Source: a virus
IMG/VR virus record: IMGVR_UViG_3300010883_000001
Coordinates: 64,001-128,000 of that record
Strand: one strand, 5' to 3'
Length of the DNA stretch: 64,000 bases
Shown here one piece after another: positions 8,709-17,516 of this stretch (position 1 is its first letter; the number at the start of each line of letters is the position of its first letter). A model generated the notes under the pieces. It was not told where the DNA came from and made no database searches. It saw nothing but the letters and a program-made list of their open reading frames with translations. The translations under genes were made by a program, and so were the position numbers.

Positions 8709-11700
8709 ATGGGAGAATTAAGAAATCAATTAAGCCTAAAGCAACTTTCCGGATCATTCGGAAACGCTAGGGGTAAAATAAGATCAGATATATCAAAGGC
8801 ATCTGCTTCGGCAGCGACTATCGCATTGTCTGGATCTAATAATAAGGGAGATTTAGCTGGGCTCTTGAGTCACATGGCATCAGCTATTAAACGAATAAAT
8901 GGTGGCTCTGACTTTGCAACCGTCGGAGGTGGTGTCCTTTCAGGATCAACTTACGAGATAAACGCTTCTGGAGACATTACTTTTAATGCCGATGGGGGTG
9001 ATATTAAGTTTGAAGACGGTTCACAGGCAGCCATGACCATTAAGATGGACTCTACTGCTGGTGATGCTGCGTTCCTTGATGCTGGTGATACGGAAATATT
9101 CCGCATTGACGGTTCTGCTAATTCACTTTTAATGGCGAACAATCTTAAGATTGAGCTAGGACACTCTGATGAGTATGTATATGGTGACGGAACTGATATT
9201 CACTTCGGTGTTGGATCTGGTGGTGATATTAATGTCCCGTCCAGTATCGGTGTTACTTTCGGTAACGACGGTGAGAAGATCGAAGGTGATGGTTCTGGGA
9301 TAACTGTTGCTGGTGGAACAATCACACTCGATTCAGAGGGTGACATCAACCTCAACGCGGGTGGCGCAGACGTTGTGTATCAGAGTGATACCCGTGAGTT
9401 CTTGAAAATCACCAGTGGTTCTGGTGTTGTTGATGTAAGCCTTGCCGGCGCATCAAGCTCAGCAGACCTTGTTTTCAAGGATTACGGCGGAACTGAGATA
9501 TTCAGGGTTGATTCATCCGCTGACTCACTTTTGATGTCTTCTACTAAGAAGATTGAGTTTGGTTCGGCCAATGCTTATATTCAGCATGATGGTACTGACC
9601 TTAAAATCGCCGATGATGCTGATGTTAATATCGTTCCTTCAGTCGATTTCTTGGTCGACGCTGGTGGATCGATCATATTGGATGCTCATGATGGAGATAT
9701 TGCGCTTAGAGATAGTGGTACTAATTACCTCGTATTGTCGCAGTCTGGCGGAAGCGCAATCTTAAGCTCATCTGTTCACAGTGAGGATATTCAGTTTCAT
9801 GGTAATAATGCGGCTGAAGTATTCAGGGTTGATGGATCTGCTAACTCACTCCTGATGGCTTCTGGCAAAGAGCTTCAGTTTGCAGACGATGGTGAGCACA
9901 TTTCAGGTGATGGATCTACTTTGAGCATTGTCTCAGAGGCAGGTTCAATCGCAGTTGGTGCAGCACTAACTGATGGTCAGACATTAAAGCTTGGTAAAAA
10001 CAGCGCCGTTGAGGTAATTATTGCACCGCATGGTACAGCTGGTAGCGAAAAGTACTCTGTTACTAATACTGCTGGTACTGCTGTTGATGCTATTTTGATT
10101 GACTCAACTGCTGGTGGTGTCACGCTGAAATCAGCTAATACTACTCATGGTGTGGTTATTGCTACAGCTACTTCAGGTGTTCCAGTTTCGATTGGTCATA
10201 CAACATCTGAAACTACTGTTAATGATAACCTTAATGTCACCGGCGATCTTGAGGTTGACGGATCACTTTTGATTAAGGGTTCCACAACAACCGTTGATAC
10301 AACCAATATGCATGTTGAAGATCCCTTGATGCTTCTAGGTTCAGGATCTACATCAGCAGGTGATAGAGGTATTGTTCTGAAGACCGCTGCCGCTACTGGT
10401 AAGGTAATGTTCTGGGATAACTCAGCATCTACTTTTACGTTTGGTAGTACAACTACAGCAGGTGATCTATTAGGTACATCAACAACGATTACGACATCTT
10501 CATTGGATCAAGTTCGTGTTGGTAAGCTTTCATTTGAAGAAGGTAGATCATACCTAGATACTAATGCTGATGGTAATGCGGTCACCATGACTGCAGGATC
10601 AACTTTCACTGTTGATGCTGCTACTGACATTGTTCTTGACGCAGCTGGTGGTGATATTGATTTTAAGGTAGATGGAACTGCAATGTTGCAGTTTACTAGT
10701 GGATCTTCCGTCGTTGAGATTCAAACAGGTGCAACTTACCAAGACCTTGTCTTCAAGGAAGACGGCGGTACCGAAGTTTTCCGCATGGATGCTTCAGCTG
10801 AGTCACTTTTGATGGCTTCGGGTAAAGAGCTTCAGTTCGCCGACTCCGGTGAGCACATTTCTGGCGATGGATCTACTTTGAGCATTGTCTCAGAAGCTGG
10901 TTCAATCGCAGCTGGTGCAGCACTAGCTGATGGTCAGACATTAAAGCTTGGTAAAAACGGCGCCGTTGAGGTAATTATTGCACCTCACGGCACACCCGCT
11001 AGCGAAAAGTACTCTGTTACTAATACTGCTGGTACTGCGGTATCTGATACTGCTGCTGCTGTGCAGGTTACTGCTACTGTTGGTGCGGTTACGTTGGCTT
11101 CTGGTGTTGCTGATGCAGCTGCTATTCGTCTCAAGGCGACAAACGCTGCTGGTGGTATTGATATGGATGCAGGAACAGGAACGATCGCTCTTGATGCTGG
11201 TGGAATCTCCTTAGATTCAGCTGGTGTTGCTGCGAACTTTACTGTTGCTTCTGATGGTGCTGGTGAAGATCTCACGATCGAAGTGACTGGTGCTACAAAT
11301 TCGTCAGTGGTGATTAAGTCTTCTGGTACAAGTAATGATGCTATTAGTATCGCAACTTCTGCTGGTGGTATGGACCTTACTGTTGCTGGTGCAGCTGCAG
11401 GTGAAGATCTGGACATTTCATCTAATAGTTCGGTTAATGTAACCTCTACTGAAGATGCAACTGATTCAATTAAGTTTGAAGGGTTGGGATACTCATTTAA
11501 TTCAGGTGACTTGGATGATACATATGCATTTAATGATGCACCACTGACCCTGGCATCGATCGGCTCAGCTGATAGTATGGTATCCATGACAAACAAGCTT
11601 GGTAACATGGATCGTACAAAGGCTGCGTTTGATGGTTTAAACTGGAATGGTGGTAAGGTTATTACTACTAAGACGAGAACAAAGAAAACACACCGCATGG

Positions 11701-11921
11701 CGCATGCGGTTTCGTCTGGTGGAACCGTCACTGTCTCTGGTTCTGTACACGATCTTGGTGAACATGAAGGAAATGTTGACGTGTTTTTGAACGGTCAATT
11801 GATACTCACTGGATCCAGTGCGGTAAATGGTGATTATGCGTTGTCATTAACTAATACCGCTGTTGTCAAATTCTATTTTGCCTTGGAGAAGGAAGATACA
11901 GTTACAGTCATAACTGGCTAA
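8709..11921 (+). CDS. Long tail-fibre-like protein with internal repeats
   Basis: 1070 aa; four ExFRxDxSAxSLLM repeats; VNDNLNVTGDL motif; strong RBS GGAGG; followed by a terminator. Confidence 0.75.
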   Translation: MGELRNQLSLKQLSGSFGNARGKIRSDISKASASAATIALSGSNNKGDLAGLLSHMASAIKRINGGSDFATVGGGVLSGSTYEINASGDITFNADGGDIKFEDGSQAAMTIKMDSTAGDAAFLDAGDTEIFRIDGSANSLLMANNLKIELGHSDEYVYGDGTDIHFGVGSGGDINVPSSIGVTFGNDGEKIEGDGSGITVAGGTITLDSEGDINLNAGGADVVYQSDTREFLKITSGSGVVDVSLAGASSSADLVFKDYGGTEIFRVDSSADSLLMSSTKKIEFGSANAYIQHDGTDLKIADDADVNIVPSVDFLVDAGGSIILDAHDGDIALRDSGTNYLVLSQSGGSAILSSSVHSEDIQFHGNNAAEVFRVDGSANSLLMASGKELQFADDGEHISGDGSTLSIVSEAGSIAVGAALTDGQTLKLGKNSAVEVIIAPHGTAGSEKYSVTNTAGTAVDAILIDSTAGGVTLKSANTTHGVVIATATSGVPVSIGHTTSETTVNDNLNVTGDLEVDGSLLIKGSTTTVDTTNMHVEDPLMLLGSGSTSAGDRGIVLKTAAATGKVMFWDNSASTFTFGSTTTAGDLLGTSTTITTSSLDQVRVGKLSFEEGRSYLDTNADGNAVTMTAGSTFTVDAATDIVLDAAGGDIDFKVDGTAMLQFTSGSSVVEIQTGATYQDLVFKEDGGTEVFRMDASAESLLMASGKELQFADSGEHISGDGSTLSIVSEAGSIAAGAALADGQTLKLGKNGAVEVIIAPHGTPASEKYSVTNTAGTAVSDTAAAVQVTATVGAVTLASGVADAAAIRLKATNAAGGIDMDAGTGTIALDAGGISLDSAGVAANFTVASDGAGEDLTIEVTGATNSSVVIKSSGTSNDAISIATSAGGMDLTVAGAAAGEDLDISSNSSVNVTSTEDATDSIKFEGLGYSFNSGDLDDTYAFNDAPLTLASIGSADSMVSMTNKLGNMDRTKAAFDGLNWNGGKVITTKTRTKKTHRMAHAVSSGGTVTVSGSVHDLGEHEGNVDVFLNGQLILTGSSAVNGDYALSLTNTAVVKFYFALEKEDTVTVITG
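9846..10081 (+). repeat. Intragenic direct repeat, copy 1 (~236 bp)
   Basis: Highly similar to 10803..11038 (offset 957 nt, in frame). Confidence 0.85.
10803..11038 (+). repeat. Intragenic direct repeat, copy 2
   Basis: Highly similar to 9846..10081. Confidence 0.85.
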
Positions 11922-11945
11922 TATTTTTTATTAGTCAACTTTTTG

Positions 11946-11978
11946 CCCCCCCGGCTTGCCGGGGGGGTTTCTTTTTTT
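11946..11978 (+). terminator. Rho-independent terminator
   Basis: C7-GG stem pairing with CC-G7 around a short CTTG loop, followed by TTTCTTTTTTT. Confidence 0.9.
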
Positions 11979-12037
11979 ATATTCATTGATATTTTTATAT
12001 TATCTAGTGTTAGATTATCTTTGTTTTTGGAGAGATT

Positions 12038-12520
12038 ATGGATATTGAAAATTTAGTAAGTAATATTAATTCGCTTTGTGATTCCGAAGGTAAGAATTCA
12101 ATGCGCCGCGCAGCTGAGTTGAAGGAACAGGTTAAGGCTGCCGATTCAATCTGTGGCGCAATATCTACTCGCCTTCGTCAAATTTCTACTAATATAAACA
12201 AGGATGCAACACCAGAACAACAGTTGGGATTTGTTCTAGAACAAATGGGGACATTAGATCAGGCCTTACGCGCTGAACCAACAAATTTAAGGATGCAGTT
12301 TGCACGTTCTCAGGCTGATCATGATACATGGGCTAGGGCAAATAAACTAGTAACAGAACTAATAGAAACGTTACATAGAAAAGAAGAAAAAGTTGCACAG
12401 CTTGCCGAAAAGATAACGTCAGGTGAGCTTGATCCAAATGCTCGCCGTAAACCAGGCCAACGCCCTGAATCACTTAAGAATGTTAGGGCAGCGCAGAAAA
12501 TCTTAAAGGAAGAACCATAG
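12038..12520 (+). CDS. Hypothetical coiled-coil protein
   Basis: 160-aa ORF with RBS GGAG; C-terminal RRKPGQRP. Confidence 0.7.
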   Translation: MDIENLVSNINSLCDSEGKNSMRRAAELKEQVKAADSICGAISTRLRQISTNINKDATPEQQLGFVLEQMGTLDQALRAEPTNLRMQFARSQADHDTWARANKLVTELIETLHRKEEKVAQLAEKITSGELDPNARRKPGQRPESLKNVRAAQKILKEEP

Positions 12521-12999
12521 TGGCTATAAAGCTTTTAAAAAATGTCAATTTTGGTAGTTCAAAAGGTGGTTTAGGCACGGTCGGTTTCACGCTAGTGGGG
12601 TATGGAGGCGAGACCGTCACAGGAAGATCAACTACCGGTGTGCATGAGGTTGGCACATCCACAGGAATATACGCAGCGCCAATAACATTTTCTTCATTAT
12701 TCAGTGGTTCAATACTCTGGGATACTGGTGAGGCAGCTTTACTCGCGGTATATGCGACTGAGGAATATAACCAAACCGAGGACAAGCTTAATTTTATAAA
12801 AGGCATTTCCGGAGGAAGATGGAAGCTTGATCAGACCACAAAACAAATGGTTTTTTACGATGATGATAATACGACCATTGTTGCGAGATTTAGTATGTAT
12901 AACTCATCTAAAAATTCATCAGTAGACTCTGTTCATCAAAGAGTAAGAAATGATGAGAATACTGATGGTGCAGTATTAATAGGAAACGTTGATCCATAA
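12520..12999 (+). CDS. Hypothetical (probably virion) protein
   Basis: Coupled ORF, GTG start. Confidence 0.65.
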   Translation: MAIKLLKNVNFGSSKGGLGTVGFTLVGYGGETVTGRSTTGVHEVGTSTGIYAAPITFSSLFSGSILWDTGEAALLAVYATEEYNQTEDKLNFIKGISGGRWKLDQTTKQMVFYDDDNTTIVARFSMYNSSKNSSVDSVHQRVRNDENTDGAVLIGNVDP

Positions 13000-13379
13000 T
13001 GGCTATAACTTCTCCCATAGTAACTCAGGGTTTTGGCCCAAATGTCGACGGCGGAATGATCATTACTATGGGTTTTGGTGGTTTTATAGCTGCTGTTAAG
13101 GAAGTGGCTGAAGATATTATTCGTGCTGCTGGAAAAGCTGCAAGAAGAATAATACCGGATGTTTTATACTCAATAAAGGCATCTCTTATAGAGGTTAATG
13201 GAGAAGAATTATCATATCCAATAGTGGGCTCCGTTAGTAAAATGGCAAAGGTGGATGAATCACCCCTTAGGGGGATAATTACTTTTGTATCTTCTTCAGT
13301 AAGACAGGTGAGTAAACCAATACTTATTGAAGCGAGGCCTCTATTTATTAAGTATTTTAGACCCGGTACAAAAGATTAG
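12999..13379 (+). CDS. Hypothetical protein
   Basis: TAATG coupling; repeated (I/V)TxGFG motif. Confidence 0.65.
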   Translation: MAITSPIVTQGFGPNVDGGMIITMGFGGFIAAVKEVAEDIIRAAGKAARRIIPDVLYSIKASLIEVNGEELSYPIVGSVSKMAKVDESPLRGIITFVSSSVRQVSKPILIEARPLFIKYFRPGTKD

Positions 13380-13394
13380 TTTGGAGTTTATAAA

Positions 13395-13853
13395 TTGAGT
13401 GATTTTGATCTGATATTAGACGATGAAAATGAGTTGAAATTTGCCGTGACAATTGAAGGCGCAGAACAAGGAAGTCCAACGGCCAGGCTTCATATATCTA
13501 CCAATAAGGGATATGATCTTGTTTTTGAGGGTGAAAGATCTTCGGACGGTGAGTTATCAGTTGTTGTTCCCCCCCTCAAAGGCGTAATAGCTGAAGGAAG
13601 TTATTCTGCAGAGCTTGAAGTCATTATAGATGAACGGGTTTTTAAGCCACTCACAATGACGACTAATTTTAAGCGTGCCATCAAGGTGGAGGCTGCCGTA
13701 AAGACAATAATACAATCCAGACAGCCGAGTGTTTCTGCATCCTTATTGACGGAGGAGCCTAGGGAGGTGTCTTCGGTTAAGAAAAAAGTAGAAAAGAAAC
13801 CTGTCAAGAAATCAGCTAGTTTAGATGATATATTGAAGGAGCTGTCCAAATGA
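13395..13853 (+). CDS. Hypothetical protein (beta-rich N-domain)
   Basis: RBS GGAG, TTG start. Confidence 0.65.
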   Translation: MSDFDLILDDENELKFAVTIEGAEQGSPTARLHISTNKGYDLVFEGERSSDGELSVVVPPLKGVIAEGSYSAELEVIIDERVFKPLTMTTNFKRAIKVEAAVKTIIQSRQPSVSASLLTEEPREVSSVKKKVEKKPVKKSASLDDILKELSK

Positions 13854-14116
13854 TAGAAGCAATTATTTATAGTTTGGCTGGTTTTTATCTCTTAGGCTGT
13901 GCAACGACTGCTGGGTTAGCGTTGATTGGGCATTCTTTTTCTTGCTGGGTATTAAAGAACGTAGTTAGGGGGAGTAAGCAGTCTGAGGTTAAGATATTAT
14001 CGTGTAAGTTGAAGGTTAGATCAAGGGATTCTTTAAGACGATGTTATTTGTGGCCGCTATGGGTTATAGTTTCAATAAAAATATTGTTTGAAAAAGAAAA
14101 CTTAATTGATCAATGA
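13850..14116 (+). CDS. Small membrane protein
   Basis: Hydrophobic N-terminus, LWPLW motif; ATGA overlap. Confidence 0.55.
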   Translation: MIEAIIYSLAGFYLLGCATTAGLALIGHSFSCWVLKNVVRGSKQSEVKILSCKLKVRSRDSLRRCYLWPLWVIVSIKILFEKENLIDQ

Positions 14117-14885
14117 AAGAAAAATACGTTCTGCATCACGCCTACTAAAATATTCCCTCTCAGAGCTCAGGGATACAAAAAATCAGTTTGATACATATAA
14201 TGAAGACTTTTTAAGTGCTGTTGACCATGCTCGTAGAAACTTAAAAAAAGAAACCCGCGATTACGAGAAATTTAAAGAGCAGTCTGGATCTAGTGGTTCT
14301 ACTGAGCCGGCGGACAAGAATAAAGTTAAAGAGGAGACTATCAAGAAGGACAAGGAAGATCCCATCACGGAGACTGTCAATGATATGGATAGCCTTAAGT
14401 CAACAGTTGATCCGGTATATAGAAAATTATATAAAAAAATAGCGATGAAGACACATCCTGATAGAATGAAAACAATGTCGTGGTTGGAAGATTATGAAAA
14501 AGATGCGTTGGTTTCAATATTCCAGGAGGCAAGATCTTCATTAGAGAATGCTGATAAAAATGGATTGCTATGTTCTGCATGTGAAGTTGATATTGATCTA
14601 ATGCAGGTAGGGTTTAATGAAGATGATCTTTTACGTAGATTACAGAAGCAGGCAAAAAAATCAAGTGAAAATTTAAATAGCATATCAAGAAACTATATCT
14701 GGTCATGGGGTGAGACAAAAGATATAGTTACAAAGACGAAAATATTACAGGCATATATGCAACATTTAGGGTACCCTCAAATACCCGAGAGTCTTCTACG
14801 CGATGTTATTGATACATATCGTGACTCCACAGGCCGATCACGAAGAAAAGTTGGAAAAAGACCAAAAAGATTAATTAGACGTTGA
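14106..14885 (+). CDS. Protein with internal J-domain-like segment
   Basis: YRKLYKKIAMKTHPDR (helix II plus HPD motif). Confidence 0.6.
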   Translation: MINERKIRSASRLLKYSLSELRDTKNQFDTYNEDFLSAVDHARRNLKKETRDYEKFKEQSGSSGSTEPADKNKVKEETIKKDKEDPITETVNDMDSLKSTVDPVYRKLYKKIAMKTHPDRMKTMSWLEDYEKDALVSIFQEARSSLENADKNGLLCSACEVDIDLMQVGFNEDDLLRRLQKQAKKSSENLNSISRNYIWSWGETKDIVTKTKILQAYMQHLGYPQIPESLLRDVIDTYRDSTGRSRRKVGKRPKRLIRR

Positions 14886-14910
14886 TCAATTTAATGTTTT
14901 ATTATATAAT
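14882..14910 (+). promoter_or_regulatory. Sigma70-type promoter heading the DNA-modification operon
   Basis: TTGATC-17 nt-TATAAT; ATG only 5 nt downstream of the -10 box. Confidence 0.55.
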
Positions 14911-14915
14911 AAAAC

Positions 14916-15116
14916 ATGCAGACTTACACAACAAAACAAATAAAAGCAGCGATTGATGAAACCTTGCATAGGCATTCAACGCTACAGATTAATTTAGCAT
15001 CAAATAGAGCCAGGGAAGTTTTGGCATTAGAAATAATCCAAAAACTTAAACCTTATCTATCTCCTGCTGATCCAGCGGACGTTAGTAAGTTTTGGCCAAT
15101 GGATGAGGAGATATAG
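14916..15116 (+). CDS. Hypothetical protein
   Basis: 66-aa ORF heading the operon. Confidence 0.55.
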   Translation: MQTYTTKQIKAAIDETLHRHSTLQINLASNRAREVLALEIIQKLKPYLSPADPADVSKFWPMDEEI

Positions 15117-15118
15117 GG

Positions 15119-15904
15119 ATGCCAGAAGGACCGGAAGTAAAGTTGTGTGGTGAGCGTTTAGCTTCAAATATTTCAGGTCAAACACTTAAATATATAGAGA
15201 TAATTTCAGGAAGATATTCTAAAAAGACACCTGGCGGAATTGAATTATTTGGAAAAGAATTGCCTACAACGGTTGTAGGTCCTGGTGTTCATGGGAAATT
15301 TATATATTGGATTATGAAAAATAATTATTTTCTATATAATACCCTGGGGTTAACCGGTGCATGGTCTTTGGAACAAGGTCCTTATTCTAGGGTTAAATTT
15401 TCATTTGAGAATCTAGATATTTTTTTTGATGATAAGAGAAATTTTGGCACTCTAAAGTTTGTTAAAGGAAAAGGGAATCTTTTATCAAAATTACAATCTT
15501 TAGGGCCAGATATGCTATCAGGGGACGTTGAAATATCTCTTTTTATTGATAGGCTAAGAGAGAAGAGCTCATGGGAAATTACAAAAGCATTAATGAACCA
15601 ATCCGTGGTTGCTGGGATTGGGAATTATATAAAATCGGAGTCACTATGGAAGACAAAAATTAATCCACACTCTAGGGTTTGTGATTTAGATAACGATACT
15701 TTAGCAGATCTATGCGTTAATATTAGAGATATAATGAGTGATAGCTATAAATCTCAAAAAGAAGGTGACAACTCGTTTAAATTATCGGTATATTCTAGGA
15801 AGAATGATCCTCATGATAATGAGATTATAAAGGAAAAAACAGAGGATGGTAGAACAACATACTGGTGTCCATCCGTACAACATAAAGGGACGATAAATGA
15901 ATAG
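15119..15904 (+). CDS. Fpg/Nei family DNA glycosylase/AP lyase (zincless finger type)
   Basis: N-terminal MPEGPE, HGK, H2TH NQSVVAGIGN, C-terminal GRTTYWCP without a 4-Cys finger. Confidence 0.92.
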   Translation: MPEGPEVKLCGERLASNISGQTLKYIEIISGRYSKKTPGGIELFGKELPTTVVGPGVHGKFIYWIMKNNYFLYNTLGLTGAWSLEQGPYSRVKFSFENLDIFFDDKRNFGTLKFVKGKGNLLSKLQSLGPDMLSGDVEISLFIDRLREKSSWEITKALMNQSVVAGIGNYIKSESLWKTKINPHSRVCDLDNDTLADLCVNIRDIMSDSYKSQKEGDNSFKLSVYSRKNDPHDNEIIKEKTEDGRTTYWCPSVQHKGTINE

Positions 15905-16112
15905 TTTAAAACTTTCTGATGATACGATCGCACAAATTGCAAAAATATTGCAGGTTGCAATTCTTACTGGAACTGACGTGGTGGATAACCTTCGCCAGTT
16001 AGAGCTAGTTACTAGTGAGGACGGCCGGCTAACGATGTCTGAGGATTATGCAAAAAATTTCGAAACTAATATCACCTCGATGTTGGAGGGGATAAGCGAA
16101 GAAAATGGGTGA
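15897..16112 (+). CDS. Hypothetical protein
   Basis: Coupled 71-aa ORF. Confidence 0.6.
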   Translation: MNSLKLSDDTIAQIAKILQVAILTGTDVVDNLRQLELVTSEDGRLTMSEDYAKNFETNITSMLEGISEENG

Positions 16113-16494
16113 TAAAAAAAAGGAGGATATGCTAATCAGCATATTCAGACTACGGGAAGAATTTATGCTAAGGATTAATGAGAAAATACCTGGTGTATAT
16201 CCCCCTTGGCCAGTCGTATTATCAGACAAGGCATCACAACAATCATTAAGAGAATCTGCACTTAAGGGTGTGGAGGAAATGTTTGAAGCATTACAACACT
16301 TAAAAAACTGGAAACCACATAGGGTAACAGAAATAAAAGAATTTAATAGAGAAGAGTTTCTTGAGGAGACTGTCGACGCATTTAATTATTTCTTTTCTTT
16401 GCTTGTTATGATGGGTGTTACACCTGAAGAGTTTTTTAATGCATATGTTAAGAAAGATACTACGATTCATAGAAGGCTAGAAGTAGGTTATTAA
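16105..16494 (+). CDS. All-alpha NTP pyrophosphatase (dimeric dUTPase/dCTPase-like)
   Basis: VEEMFEAL, NWKPH and EETVDAF (ExxE...ExxD) motifs. Confidence 0.75.
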   Translation: MGDKKKEDMLISIFRLREEFMLRINEKIPGVYPPWPVVLSDKASQQSLRESALKGVEEMFEALQHLKNWKPHRVTEIKEFNREEFLEETVDAFNYFFSLLVMMGVTPEEFFNAYVKKDTTIHRRLEVGY

Positions 16495-17516
16495 TGAATA
16501 TTATCGTGACCGGTGCTGCAGGTTTTATAGGGCAAAACCTTACTAAGTGTCTATTAGATTCAGGACATAAGGTTATTGGGATCGATAATTTCTCTACAGG
16601 CGATAAAAACGTTTTTAAAGAATTCTCTTCAGAATATAAGAGCAGTTTTTTACCAATGCCTTTTGACGTAACACGAGAAGATAGTTGGAGAACCATGCTG
16701 ACTGTTGTACACAGGTTTTTTCGGGGCCAAAAGGACATATCAATATATCATCTTGCATGTCCAGCGTCTCCTCCAGCATATCAAAAATATCCTCTTCGTA
16801 CATTGGATACTTCATACTTGGGTACTAGAAACTGTTTAGAGTTTGCTGCATCTGTAAATGCAAAATTTTTATTTGCTTCTACATCGGAAGTTTACGGAAA
16901 CCCGTCTTGTAATCCGCAGTCGGAAGAATATTACGGTGATGTAAATACCGTTGGCCCCAGGGCTTGTTACGATGAAGGAAAAAGGGTCGCTGAGACTCTA
17001 TGTTATGAGTATAATAAGTGTATGGGAACTGATGTGACGATTGTTAGAATATTCAACACGTATGGTCCTGGAATGAAAGCTGATGACGGCAGAGTTGTTA
17101 GCAACTTTATAAATCAGGCAATCACAGGTAAGGAATTAACGATATATGGTGATGGCTCACAGACTCGAAGTTTTTGTTTTGTATCTGATATGGTTGATGG
17201 ATTGATTTTAGCTATGGGATCTGAGTATTTTGGGCCGATTAATTTAGGGAACCCAAATGAGATTACTGTTTCCAAGTTAACAAATATAGTATTAGAAAAA
17301 TGTAATGCACGAAATGCTATTAATTATTACCCATTACCTCAGGACGATCCATGCATCAGGAGACCCAACATAAATAAAGCTAAGTGGTTATTGGGGTGGG
17401 TACCCAAAGTTAGTCTAGATGAAGGTCTAGATAGGACGATACAATACTTTAGAGGTCTTTTACGTGTAGAACCTCAAGAACCATCATATAATTTAAAAAT
17501 TGGTTATGAAAAATGA
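16494..17516 (+). CDS. uxs: UDP-glucuronate decarboxylase (UDP-xylose synthase)
   Basis: TGAAGFIG, HLACPASP, ASTSEVYG, CYDEGKR, RIFNTYGP, DGRVVSNF, QTRSFC and DDP..RRP are diagnostic UXS motifs. Confidence 0.9.
   Translation: MNIIVTGAAGFIGQNLTKCLLDSGHKVIGIDNFSTGDKNVFKEFSSEYKSSFLPMPFDVTREDSWRTMLTVVHRFFRGQKDISIYHLACPASPPAYQKYPLRTLDTSYLGTRNCLEFAASVNAKFLFASTSEVYGNPSCNPQSEEYYGDVNTVGPRACYDEGKRVAETLCYEYNKCMGTDVTIVRIFNTYGPGMKADDGRVVSNFINQAITGKELTIYGDGSQTRSFCFVSDMVDGLILAMGSEYFGPINLGNPNEITVSKLTNIVLEKCNARNAINYYPLPQDDPCIRRPNINKAKWLLGWVPKVSLDEGLDRTIQYFRGLLRVEPQEPSYNLKIGYEK

Noticed and set aside
9846-11038. Diversity-generating retroelement TR/VR pair
   Set aside because: Mismatches are mostly third-position and not adenine-specific; both copies are inside one CDS; no reverse transcriptase in the window
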